From: Nitrospirota bacterium
Lineage (GTDB): Bacteria; Nitrospirota; UBA9217
Length of the DNA: 64,000 nucleotides
Assembly (NCBI GenBank): GCA_963790205.1
Contig: CAWBNQ010000003.1
Location: 576,001 to 640,000 of the forward strand
Direction of reading: 5' to 3'
The notes beneath the pieces are model-generated. The model was not told the origin of the DNA and ran no database searches. It worked only from the letters and a program-made list of their open reading frames with translations. Each line of letters opens with the position of its first letter. Positions within the stretch are counted from its first letter, which is position 1. Position numbers and translations under genes: made by a program. Below, in pieces: positions 55,691 through 64,000 of this stretch.

Positions 55691-57217
55691 ATGGATCAAG
55701 GACCTTTCATCCTGCCCCAAGACGAGAGCAACGAGCGCCTCGTCAGAAACGTTCATCCCCTGGACTGGAAGAACCCCGAGCCCGCTTCCCGCTACAATCT
55801 CGTCGTGCTGGGCGCAGGCACGGCAGGGTTGGTCGCTGCTGCGGGCGCGGCGGGTTTGGGCGCGAAGGTCGCGCTTGTTGAGCGCAATCTTCTGGGCGGC
55901 GACTGTCTTAATGTCGGCTGCGTGCCCTCCAAGGGGATCATCAGATCGGGCCGCGCGGCATACGATGTGAAAAAAGCGGTCGAATTCGGGGTCAACGGCG
56001 GACCGGAAGTTTCCATTGATTTCGGCAAAGCCATGGAGCGAATGCGCCGCATCAGGGCCGGGATCAGCAAACACGACTCTGTCGAGCGGTTCAGCAACGA
56101 GCTGGGAGTGGACGTGTTTCTGGGCGACGGCAGGTTTATCGGGCGGGACGCGATCGAAGTCGGAGGCAAGCGGCTCCGCTTCAGGAAGGCGGCGATCTGT
56201 ACGGGAGCGCGCGCCGCTGCGACCTCCCTCCCGGGGATCGAGGAGACAGGGTATCTGACGAATGAAAACGTCTTTTGGCTCACGGAACTCCCCAAAAGAT
56301 TGATCGTCATCGGCGGCGGCCCCATCGGCTGCGAGTTGTCCCAGGCCTTTGCGCGGCTGGGGAGCCGGGTCACGCTCCTGCACGCTCACGGCCATATCCT
56401 GCCGCGGGAAGATGCCGATGCCGCTGAGGTTGTCCAGAGGTCGCTCCTTCGCGACGGCGTCAAACTCTTTCTCAACGTGAAGATCGTTCAGGCTGTCCGG
56501 CGTGGCTTCGAAAAGATCGTCATCGTGGAACGGAATGGAAAGAAGGAGGAGATGGCCGCTGACGAGATCCTGATCGGCATCGGCCGTGCCCCGAATGTGG
56601 AGGGCCTGGCCCTGGAAACTGCGGGTGTTGAGTACGATAAACAGGAAGGAGTCAAGGTCAACGCGCGTCTCCAGACATCCAACCCCGACGTATACGCTGC
56701 CGGCGACATCTGTTTTCCCTACCAGTTCACCCATACGGCCGACGCCATGGCGCGGATCGTGATCGCAAACGCGCTCTTCATGGCCAGGCAAAAGACCTCA
56801 AGGCTCGTTATTCCCTGGTGCACCTACACCGACCCCGAGGTTGCCCACGTGGGGATGTATGAAAAAGAAGCAGGGGACAAAGGCATCGATGTGCTCACCC
56901 TAACCATACCGCTCATTGACGTGGACCGGGCGCTTCTGGACGGCGAGACGGAAGGGTTCGCGCGGGTGCACCTGAAAAAGGGGAGCGACAGGATACTGGG
57001 CGCCACGGTCGTCGCGCGCCACGCAGGGGAGATGATCAGCGAACTATCGCTCGCCATGACCGCCGGCCTTGGCCTGTCCGCCGTCGGCAAGACCATCCAT
57101 CCCTATCCGACCCAGGCTGAGGTGATCAAAAAACTGGCCGATGCCTATACCAGGACGCGACTCACGGCGTTCATCAAGAAAGCGTTTGCCGCCTGGCTGG
57201 AGTGGCAGAGGCGATAA
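55691..57217 (+). CDS. mercuric reductase-like pyridine nucleotide-disulfide oxidoreductase
   Basis: GAGTAG, GGDCLNVGCVPSK, GGGPIG and HPYPT motifs; no C-terminal Cys pair. Confidence 0.85.
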   Translation: MDQGPFILPQDESNERLVRNVHPLDWKNPEPASRYNLVVLGAGTAGLVAAAGAAGLGAKVALVERNLLGGDCLNVGCVPSKGIIRSGRAAYDVKKAVEFGVNGGPEVSIDFGKAMERMRRIRAGISKHDSVERFSNELGVDVFLGDGRFIGRDAIEVGGKRLRFRKAAICTGARAAATSLPGIEETGYLTNENVFWLTELPKRLIVIGGGPIGCELSQAFARLGSRVTLLHAHGHILPREDADAAEVVQRSLLRDGVKLFLNVKIVQAVRRGFEKIVIVERNGKKEEMAADEILIGIGRAPNVEGLALETAGVEYDKQEGVKVNARLQTSNPDVYAAGDICFPYQFTHTADAMARIVIANALFMARQKTSRLVIPWCTYTDPEVAHVGMYEKEAGDKGIDVLTLTIPLIDVDRALLDGETEGFARVHLKKGSDRILGATVVARHAGEMISELSLAMTAGLGLSAVGKTIHPYPTQAEVIKKLADAYTRTRLTAFIKKAFAAWLEWQRR

Positions 57218-57384
57218 GCCCCCCATACCCTAAAAATGTTTTGCACGGGGAGGTCCGATAAGCTATACTTTACACTATCCGGGTCATGGTCTCTTTATTC
57301 TGCACAAAAGTTACGTCTCTTGAACAATCAAGATTATATCCGGAAATCGTTGGTAAGGAATGATGGTTATTGGGGAGCGCAGCC

Positions 57385-57831
57385 ATGGATGCCCCATTCG
57401 CGTGTTTCAACAGGAAAAGCCTCGAAACGATCTTGCCGCACAGGGGGGCGGCCCTCAGAAAAATTGACGGTGTTTTTTACAGTTCCAGCGCACCTGATAG
57501 GATGACGGGGCTCAAGGAAATCCGTGAGAACGACCCGGATCTTGAAGGTCATTTCCCCGGGGCCCCCACCTATCCCGGATACGCCCAGGACGAATTTGTT
57601 TGTCTCGTTGCGGCGGCGCTCATTCCAATGGCGGTCGAAGATTTAAAGCGCGGTCCCCGGGTCGTCCAGAAGATCGCGCGGTATAAGAAAAATGCCGCGC
57701 CCGGGGACACTCTGGTTGCCGAGGTGAAGCTCCACGGAAGGCGGAACAAATTTTTTATTTTTTCCGCTGAAATTAAAAATCAGAACAACGAGCCTGTTGC
57801 TGAGTACGAAAAAATCATCGGCGCGGCATGA
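57385..57831 (+). CDS. FabZ/FabA-like hotdog dehydratase
   Basis: ILPHR, GHFPGAPTYPG and PGDTL motifs. Confidence 0.75.
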   Translation: MDAPFACFNRKSLETILPHRGAALRKIDGVFYSSSAPDRMTGLKEIRENDPDLEGHFPGAPTYPGYAQDEFVCLVAAALIPMAVEDLKRGPRVVQKIARYKKNAAPGDTLVAEVKLHGRRNKFFIFSAEIKNQNNEPVAEYEKIIGAA

Positions 57832-58133
57832 TGATGCATCGCCTTGTGATCAAGCAGGCGATGATATCCGTGTTTCACGCGCGCGCCTTCATGAACTGTA
57901 GCGGGGTTCGGTATGGATAGAAGATCAAGCCGGGAACGAAGGATATTCAATGATCCGGGCTTCCGTGGCCCTGAACGAAGAAGAGGAAAAGACCGAAGGT
58001 CGGGGAAAGACCGCAGAGTGTATAGAAAAATTATTCGTATGTTATACGGCCCCACGGACATCATCCCGTAATATCAGCAGCAATGCAGAACAGGCTGGCC
58101 GCGAGTGCCGTCCTTAGCTTCTTTCCCGTTCCG

Positions 58134-59003
58134 CTACTTCTTCTCGCTCAGGAGCTTATACACAGCCGAGAAATCCTGTTCCCCCAGCCCTTTCCTGACG
58201 GCCAAGGAATAGATTTCCTTCACGACATTTGCCGCCGGCATGGCCACCCCTGCCTCGTAGGCGGTCTCTGCGATGAGCTGCATGTCTTTATGCATCCACC
58301 GGAGCGGAAACTCGGTCTCAAAATCTTCTGATTCCAGCTTTCCCCGTTTCATGGATAAAAACGGCGCTGCGACCGGGGAGCCCAGGAGCGTGTTGAACAA
58401 CAGGTCTTTGGGTATGCCGAGCGACTCGCCAAGCACGACGGCCTCGGAGAATGCGACCATGGCCTGTGCCACGACAAGGTTGTTCACCAGCTTCATCGCT
58501 GTTCCCATGCCGTGGCCGCCGATATGGTACACGGCCTTGCCCATGGCTTCCAGAAACGGCCGCGACTCGTCCACATCCGCTTTGTCTCCCCCGACGTAGA
58601 ACACGAGCTGCGCCTGCTCAGCCGGGCCCTTTGATCCGGCGACGGGCGCGTCGAGAAACCTGACCTTGCGCTGTTTCGCTTCACCTGCCATCAGCTTGGA
58701 AAAGGAAGGGTTGACCGTGCTGCAGTCGATCCAGAGCGAGTTGTCCGCAAGGCGGTTCAAAAACCCGTATTTACCGATGAGCGCCGTTTCGGCGACGGCG
58801 TCGGGTTTGGCAAGCATGGTGAAGATGACGGTCACCTGTTTGGCCGCGTCCGCGGGCGTCGGAGCCCAGACCGCGCCGGCGGCGATGAGCGGATCGGCCT
58901 TCTGCCTCGTCCTGTTATACACGACAAGCTCGTGGCCTTTCTTCAGGAGATTCGCCGCCATGCGGCTGCCCATAATCCCCAGTCCGATGAATCCGATCTT
59001 CAT
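58134..59003 (-). CDS. 3-hydroxyisobutyrate dehydrogenase family NAD(P)-dependent oxidoreductase
   Basis: IGFIGLGIMG, FLDAPVAGS and MKLVNN motifs; GGAGG RBS. Confidence 0.9.
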   Translation of the reverse strand: MKIGFIGLGIMGSRMAANLLKKGHELVVYNRTRQKADPLIAAGAVWAPTPADAAKQVTVIFTMLAKPDAVAETALIGKYGFLNRLADNSLWIDCSTVNPSFSKLMAGEAKQRKVRFLDAPVAGSKGPAEQAQLVFYVGGDKADVDESRPFLEAMGKAVYHIGGHGMGTAMKLVNNLVVAQAMVAFSEAVVLGESLGIPKDLLFNTLLGSPVAAPFLSMKRGKLESEDFETEFPLRWMHKDMQLIAETAYEAGVAMPAANVVKEIYSLAVRKGLGEQDFSAVYKLLSEKK

Positions 59004-59060
59004 GCGTCCTCCTTGGTCGTGTTCATTCACGGACCTTCGCCGGTGCGTGCTCTTCCAGGA

Positions 59061-60704
59061 TCACCGCTGCTGCGGCCCTTCTTGCCGCTCTTCGCGATTT
59101 TGTTTCTGCTGTTTCTGCTGTTTCTGCTGCTTCTGAGGCGTCGCCGGGCGCCTGTTTATTTCCCGCGGCTCCTTCATCTTTCTGACCGGCAGGTTCTCCG
59201 GCTGCTGCTGCCTGAACACCGACGATTCACGTTCCTTAACCACCCTGCGCTCCTGTTTCATCTCTTCCGGATTGGTGTTCCTGACCCGTGCCGGCGGAAG
59301 CTGCCGCTCAGGCGTCCGCTGCGTCGCACGCGGAGGACGTTCTTCCCTTTCCGGCCTCACGGCAGGCGGGGTCGCCGGGGTTATGCGCCGCGTTTCGGGA
59401 GCTTCCGACCGTATCCGTTCAGGGACGCGCTGCTTCATCTGTTCCCGTTCTGCCCGCGGCACAAGGACGATCGGCTGCTTCGGCTTCGCCCGGGGAGGGA
59501 CGATGGCTATGTTCCTGATATCCTGTTCTCTCTGCTGTCTCGTCTCAAGGAAAGGGTTCTCCTTTATCTTCACCCGTTCATGCCTGCCTGTCCCAAAGGC
59601 CTCCCGCTGCACCACGGTCACCGAGTTGTTGACCCGTGCGTTGACGTAGGTACGATTGACGAATACCGTATTGACATTGACGTTGGTGATGTCCACGCTC
59701 CCGGGCCCGTAATAGCCGTACCCGTAATAGACCTCCCCGGGAGCGAGCGGCACCCACGCCACGTAGGTCGGCGTCACGACCCAGCCCACATAGCCCGGCC
59801 CCCAGAAGGCGGCGCCCCTTGCCGGCGGCACCCAACACCAGCCGCGGCCTCCTATGAATACCCAGCGGCCGTAATGGCAGGGCGCCCAGCCCCAGGGATC
59901 ATAGTCGATCCAGACAGAGATTCCCCTGATCCAGACCCAGCTGCCGTAGCTGTAAGGCGCCCAGCCCGCAGGCACCGCGGTGGGGGCCCAGACATAGCCG
60001 TAGTCGCCCGTATAGCCCCACTGGCCGTTCCGGTCGAAATCGGACGAGTATTCATGGAGCTCATCGGGAAGATAACGGGAACTCTCTCCCCAGGCCGTGA
60101 GCTGCCGGTCCCGGTCCGCGTTCCAGCGTTCCCATTCGTCTGGCGAACCGATGGGCGCGATCTCGGCATTGCTCTCACTTCGGATCGTCAGGGTGTTCCC
60201 CGCGTTCACGCGCGTGGCGCCCGCCCTGCTCTCGGCATAGACGTAACCCTTGAGCACCGAGACCTCGGTTGCGCCGTCAAGGTCGGAGACGTCGATCATC
60301 ATGATGGAATTATCGTAACTGCGGAGAGACGACAGCGGGGTATCGACCTGGACGGTCTCGATCCCGCCGCGCCGGTTATTGATGTAGATATGGCCCTGGT
60401 CGAGATAGAACTGCGCGGATTCGTGGCTTATGGTCAGAAGGTCCAGTGCCGTATTTCCATCACCCCGGACATAAACGCCCCCTTCGATCTGAAGCTCGGC
60501 CTTGCTTTCTTCGGAGACCCACAGCCGGTCGCCCTCATTGAGCGGCAGGTTGATGGCAGCATCCGTCCAATCCGTGGTGTCCTTGATGAGCGTCTGTACG
60601 TCGCCGTCGATCAGGCTCAATCGTACGAGCCCGAGGTCGTCGGCAAATACCAGCCCCGGAAGCAGCATAACGCCGAGCAGCATCGCATATCTTATCCATC
60701 GCAT
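59061..60704 (-). CDS. FecR-like / DUF6600 domain exported protein with low-complexity tail
   Basis: RLSLIDGDVQ, WAPYSYGSW and PWGWAPCHYGRW motifs; R/E/Q/P-rich C-terminus. Confidence 0.8.
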   Translation of the reverse strand: MRWIRYAMLLGVMLLPGLVFADDLGLVRLSLIDGDVQTLIKDTTDWTDAAINLPLNEGDRLWVSEESKAELQIEGGVYVRGDGNTALDLLTISHESAQFYLDQGHIYINNRRGGIETVQVDTPLSSLRSYDNSIMMIDVSDLDGATEVSVLKGYVYAESRAGATRVNAGNTLTIRSESNAEIAPIGSPDEWERWNADRDRQLTAWGESSRYLPDELHEYSSDFDRNGQWGYTGDYGYVWAPTAVPAGWAPYSYGSWVWIRGISVWIDYDPWGWAPCHYGRWVFIGGRGWCWVPPARGAAFWGPGYVGWVVTPTYVAWVPLAPGEVYYGYGYYGPGSVDITNVNVNTVFVNRTYVNARVNNSVTVVQREAFGTGRHERVKIKENPFLETRQQREQDIRNIAIVPPRAKPKQPIVLVPRAEREQMKQRVPERIRSEAPETRRITPATPPAVRPEREERPPRATQRTPERQLPPARVRNTNPEEMKQERRVVKERESSVFRQQQPENLPVRKMKEPREINRRPATPQKQQKQQKQQKQNREERQEGPQQR

Positions 60705-60899
60705 GGGAAAAGCCTCCTGTACGTTCGTAGGGCGTGATTATATAGGAATAGAGACACCAGTGCCACTGTTTAGGTTTAATTTTATTGTACCTCAGGGAAG
60801 AGGTCAATAAATAATTATTTTTTATTTCTTTCATCGACACCCGTTACGCTGTGGTCTTCTCTGAAAAGGAGAGGACAGGCGCTTGACAATGCTCTCGAT

Positions 60900-61547
60900 A
60901 TGAGCAAAAATGAGAATATGAAGCCGGCTTTGCCATACCGACTGACGCTCATTGTCCTGTGCCTGGCCCTTTCTTCCTGCGCCCCGGTGTTGAGCAGGGC
61001 CATCATGCGGGAGGGGGAGCGCGAGGTGTCTTTCGATGCGCTCCGGGAAAGCCCCGGCAGCTACGCGGGGAAGCTCTATATCCTCGGGGGGATCATTGTG
61101 AAAACGAAATTCACCGAAGCGGGATCTCAGATCGAGGCACTGCACGTGCCGGTGGACGGCCGGGGGTACTTCCGGGAACAGGGCCGCTCCGAAGGGCGTT
61201 TCCTTGCGTTCCTGCCCAGGGACAAAAAGGCGCTTGATCCGGTGGTGTTTCGCCGGGGGAGAAGGGTCACGCTCGCGGGTGTGTTCACGGCAACGAGGCA
61301 AGGCAGGATCGACGAGATGGAGTACACCTACCCCGTTTTCGAGATCAAGCAGATCTATCTCTGGCCGAGGGAGCGGCACTATGCCGCTCCGCCCTACTAT
61401 TACGATCCCTGGTTCTACCCCTGGCCGTATTACTACTGGGAGCCATGGTGGAGCTTTTATTATTATTCCGCGCCCGTACCGTCGCCGATGGTTCCCCGCC
61501 GGCTTCCCTCGGCGCAGCCGCCGCCGCACCCGCGGAACGAACGGTAA
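60900..61547 (+). CDS. Slp family outer membrane lipoprotein
   Basis: lipobox LSSC; LGGIIV, SEGRFLA, LDP and YTYP motifs. Confidence 0.8.
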   Translation: MSKNENMKPALPYRLTLIVLCLALSSCAPVLSRAIMREGEREVSFDALRESPGSYAGKLYILGGIIVKTKFTEAGSQIEALHVPVDGRGYFREQGRSEGRFLAFLPRDKKALDPVVFRRGRRVTLAGVFTATRQGRIDEMEYTYPVFEIKQIYLWPRERHYAAPPYYYDPWFYPWPYYYWEPWWSFYYYSAPVPSPMVPRRLPSAQPPPHPRNER

Positions 61548-61597
61548 GGGAACACGAGCGAAAGTGAGGACCGCAAGCAGCACGAAGGAGGCAGAGT

Positions 61598-62443
61598 ATG
61601 AAAAGATTCCTGTTGTCGTTTTTTGTCCTGGCCGTCGGTCAGTGGGTTTTCGTTCAGAGCGGTTTGAGCGCCGAAAGCATGGTCCTGAGGGTCAGCGACG
61701 GTAAAATCATCACGTTCGCCGGAATGATCGCCGACGTAAAAAAGGCCGATTTTGTTTTTATCGGCGAGGTGCACGATATCAGGGAACACCACCGCGACGA
61801 GCTTGCCATTATCAGGGCCGTTCATGAATCGGACGCAAAGACGGCCGTGGGTCTCGAGATGTTCCGGGCGGACAGCCAGGGCGTGCTGAATTCGTGGGTG
61901 AGGGGGAAACTGTCCCTGAAGCAGTTTTTACCGGCGTACTATGATAACTGGAAAGAGCCCTGGCTTTTGTATCGCGATATATTCCAGTACGCGCGGGACC
62001 ACGAAATTCCTCTTCTCGGTCTCAACGTTCCCGACCGGATTGCCGAAAAAGTGGCGCGCGAGGGTTTTGCCTCCCTTACGCAGGCAGAAAGAAGACAGCT
62101 GCCCCCCGGCATCAGCTGCAATGTGGACCCGACGTACATGGAGTTCATCCGGAGGGCCTATGCCGGACATGCCGCGCATGACCGCGCTTTCGTGAATTTT
62201 TGCGAGGCCCAGATGGTCTGGGACAAGGCCATGGCCTGGCACCTGATAGAGTATGTGAAGAAGAAACCGGGCAGGACCGTCGTGGTCCTTGCGGGGGTCG
62301 GCCATGCGTGGAAGCGGGGGATCCCCGAGCACGTCGGCACGGACTCGAAGTACACCTACCGGGTCGTCTTGCCGCTCATCCCGGACCAGATCGACCGGGA
62401 AACCGTGACGACGAACGATGCGGATTACGTGCTGCTCGATTAG
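61598..62443 (+). CDS. ChaN family protein
   Basis: FIGEVHD, GLEMF, AQMVWDKAMA and LAGVGHA motifs. Confidence 0.82.
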   Translation: MKRFLLSFFVLAVGQWVFVQSGLSAESMVLRVSDGKIITFAGMIADVKKADFVFIGEVHDIREHHRDELAIIRAVHESDAKTAVGLEMFRADSQGVLNSWVRGKLSLKQFLPAYYDNWKEPWLLYRDIFQYARDHEIPLLGLNVPDRIAEKVAREGFASLTQAERRQLPPGISCNVDPTYMEFIRRAYAGHAAHDRAFVNFCEAQMVWDKAMAWHLIEYVKKKPGRTVVVLAGVGHAWKRGIPEHVGTDSKYTYRVVLPLIPDQIDRETVTTNDADYVLLD

Positions 62444-62551
62444 TCCGGGAATCCCGGTCCGCAGGTTTCTCGGGGGAGCAAGATATGAGAGCAGTTGTCG
62501 GTTTTTTCTGACCGCGCCTTTGGAGTTCCCGGCACTGCTTTCGAGCTGATA

Positions 62552-62836
62552 TTATTTGATCTTTTTTATAAACTCATCGATCGGCAGGGCGGGGAGGGTG
62601 ACGAGGTGCACCGAGCCCCGTGAGCCGAGCTCTACGGACATTTTCATGACCGTTTCATTGTCAGGCGCCTCGACAAGGTTCAGGAAATCGTATTGTCCGA
62701 GCAGTGCGTACTGCTTCTGGATCTTGACGCCCATGGTTTCGACCTCCCTGTTCACCTCGAGAATCCTTTCCGGTTTCTGCTTGATCGTTCTTCGTCCTTC
62801 GTCCGTCAGATTGCTCAGGATCACATAGTATGGCAT
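62552..62836 (-). CDS. GYD domain-containing protein
   Basis: LTDEG, LGQYDF and EAPD motifs; AAGGAGG RBS. Confidence 0.85.
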   Translation of the reverse strand: MPYYVILSNLTDEGRRTIKQKPERILEVNREVETMGVKIQKQYALLGQYDFLNLVEAPDNETVMKMSVELGSRGSVHLVTLPALPIDEFIKKIK

Positions 62837-62940
62837 GGCGTTTCCTCCTTTCCGGTTATGCGGCCGGGTTTTATGATTTTTGGAACGACTTTATTAATTA
62901 TAGCTTTATTTCCAACCCTCCGCGTGATACAGTATGCCCT

Positions 62941-63924
62941 ATGAAAAGTCTCCGGTATGCGACGCTTGCCGTTCTTGTTCTCTCTGTTCCCGTATTTTTC
63001 CTGCCCTGTTCTTCTTTCGCGTTTTCCTTCGAGGGGCCCTTGCAGGTGAAGAACCAATTCCCGATCTTCCTGCCCGTTGACCAGCCGTACCTGGAGCAGG
63101 CATCAACGGAGAGCTCTTTGTCCCTGAGCCTTTCCCATTCCAGTGTTTATGTGGTGAAGGATTCGGCGCAATGGAGCGCGCACCTTGATATAGAACTGAC
63201 CGAGCTCGATATCCGTTATAAGAAGGACCTCCCCGGGCTGTTCGAAATCGGCGTTGACGTTCCCCTGGTGCGGGCCACGGCCGGGTTCATGGACCGGCCG
63301 CTTGCGTGGTATCATCGGACCTTCGGTTTCGGGGACTACGGGAGAAGCGCGCGTCCGAATAATGATTTTTTATATGACATAAAAAAGGACGGCGCTCCCG
63401 TTATCGAGGGGGATAACGACAGGGTCGGCTTCGGCGACGTGAGGCTGACGTTGAAGAAGAAGATCATGGGGACCGATCCCGTCCTCAGCGTCCTGGCCGA
63501 TCTGGAACTGCCGACCGGAAACGCGCGCGTGGGCTATGGGAACGGCAGCGTCGACACCGGCGTCGCGGTGCTCCTGGACAAGGACCTCGGGGCAGAGACG
63601 AAGCTTTACGCCAATCTCGGCGCGGTGTTTCCCGGCGACCTGAAGGCGTTTCAGGACATTGGGCTGAATAATTTTTATTACGCGGGCGCCGGCATCGAGG
63701 CCCTGGCCTGGCCGCGCGTGGGCCTGCTGGCCCAGCTCATGGTCCAGACATCGCCGTACCCGCATACCGGCATTTCGCAGATCGACGGTACGGGCATGCT
63801 TCTCGTGCTCGGGGGCAGATATTACGCGGACAGCGGCAGTTTCGAGTTTTCGCTGACCGAGGACCCGAATACGACCGGCGCGCCGGATTTCATCCTGAAC
63901 GGTACGTACAAAAAAAGGTTCTGA
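62941..63924 (+). CDS. DUF3187-like outer membrane beta-barrel protein
   Basis: signal peptide, GPLQVKNQFP, GFMD...YH.TFG, LPTG and TED motifs, C-terminal Phe. Confidence 0.7.
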   Translation: MKSLRYATLAVLVLSVPVFFLPCSSFAFSFEGPLQVKNQFPIFLPVDQPYLEQASTESSLSLSLSHSSVYVVKDSAQWSAHLDIELTELDIRYKKDLPGLFEIGVDVPLVRATAGFMDRPLAWYHRTFGFGDYGRSARPNNDFLYDIKKDGAPVIEGDNDRVGFGDVRLTLKKKIMGTDPVLSVLADLELPTGNARVGYGNGSVDTGVAVLLDKDLGAETKLYANLGAVFPGDLKAFQDIGLNNFYYAGAGIEALAWPRVGLLAQLMVQTSPYPHTGISQIDGTGMLLVLGGRYYADSGSFEFSLTEDPNTTGAPDFILNGTYKKRF

Positions 63925-64000
63925 TGGCATGAGGACGCATACCCTGCTCTGCGATTGACAGCCAGGACGTGAAGTTTTACAATAAAGACTGAAGCATCAC

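Noticed and set aside
55691..57217. merA mercury resistance gene
   Set aside because: No N-terminal metal-binding domain, no C-terminal Cys-Cys pair and no mer operon genes nearby.
59095..59135. 9-bp tandem repeat encoding QKQ
   Set aside because: Ordinary low-complexity tail of the DUF6600-type protein.

Overview
GC-rich bacterial chromosomal window. Gene content suggests Nitrospirota or a Desulfobacterota-like anaerobe (inference). It holds about 55 mostly accessory genes: peptidases, an MFS/glucose dehydrogenase/glucoamylase operon, an mprF-acvB lipid-modification pair, a P3A H+-ATPase, and a sigma54-linked USP/TauE/TIGR02186 cluster followed by two-component genes and a PEP-utilising enzyme. 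Four things stand out. (1) A chromosomal integron at about 43.2-52.2 kb has an N-terminally extended, frameshifted IntI, an uncharacterised gene between intI and attI, short (53-61 bp) related attC sites, and cassettes for DUF3825+TIGR02391, a SIR2-like protein, an ORF-less structured cassette, a toxin-antitoxin pair, two lipoproteins and an rsgA paralog. (2) A coupled gene pair at 29.7-32.6 kb fuses a GspE/MshE-N-like domain to 3+2 Arg-rich DUF202 units, a candidate bacterial counterpart of the pentameric VTC polyphosphate channel. (3) A radical SAM gene has a probable UGA-selenocysteine plus SECIS-like hairpin. (4) A CxxC/RAPP leader peptide is a candidate ribosome-arrest sensor. Several single-base insertions at 46-53 kb may be sequencing errors. 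Family assignments come from recognising motifs by eye, not from database searches. No tRNA, rRNA or CRISPR array was seen.
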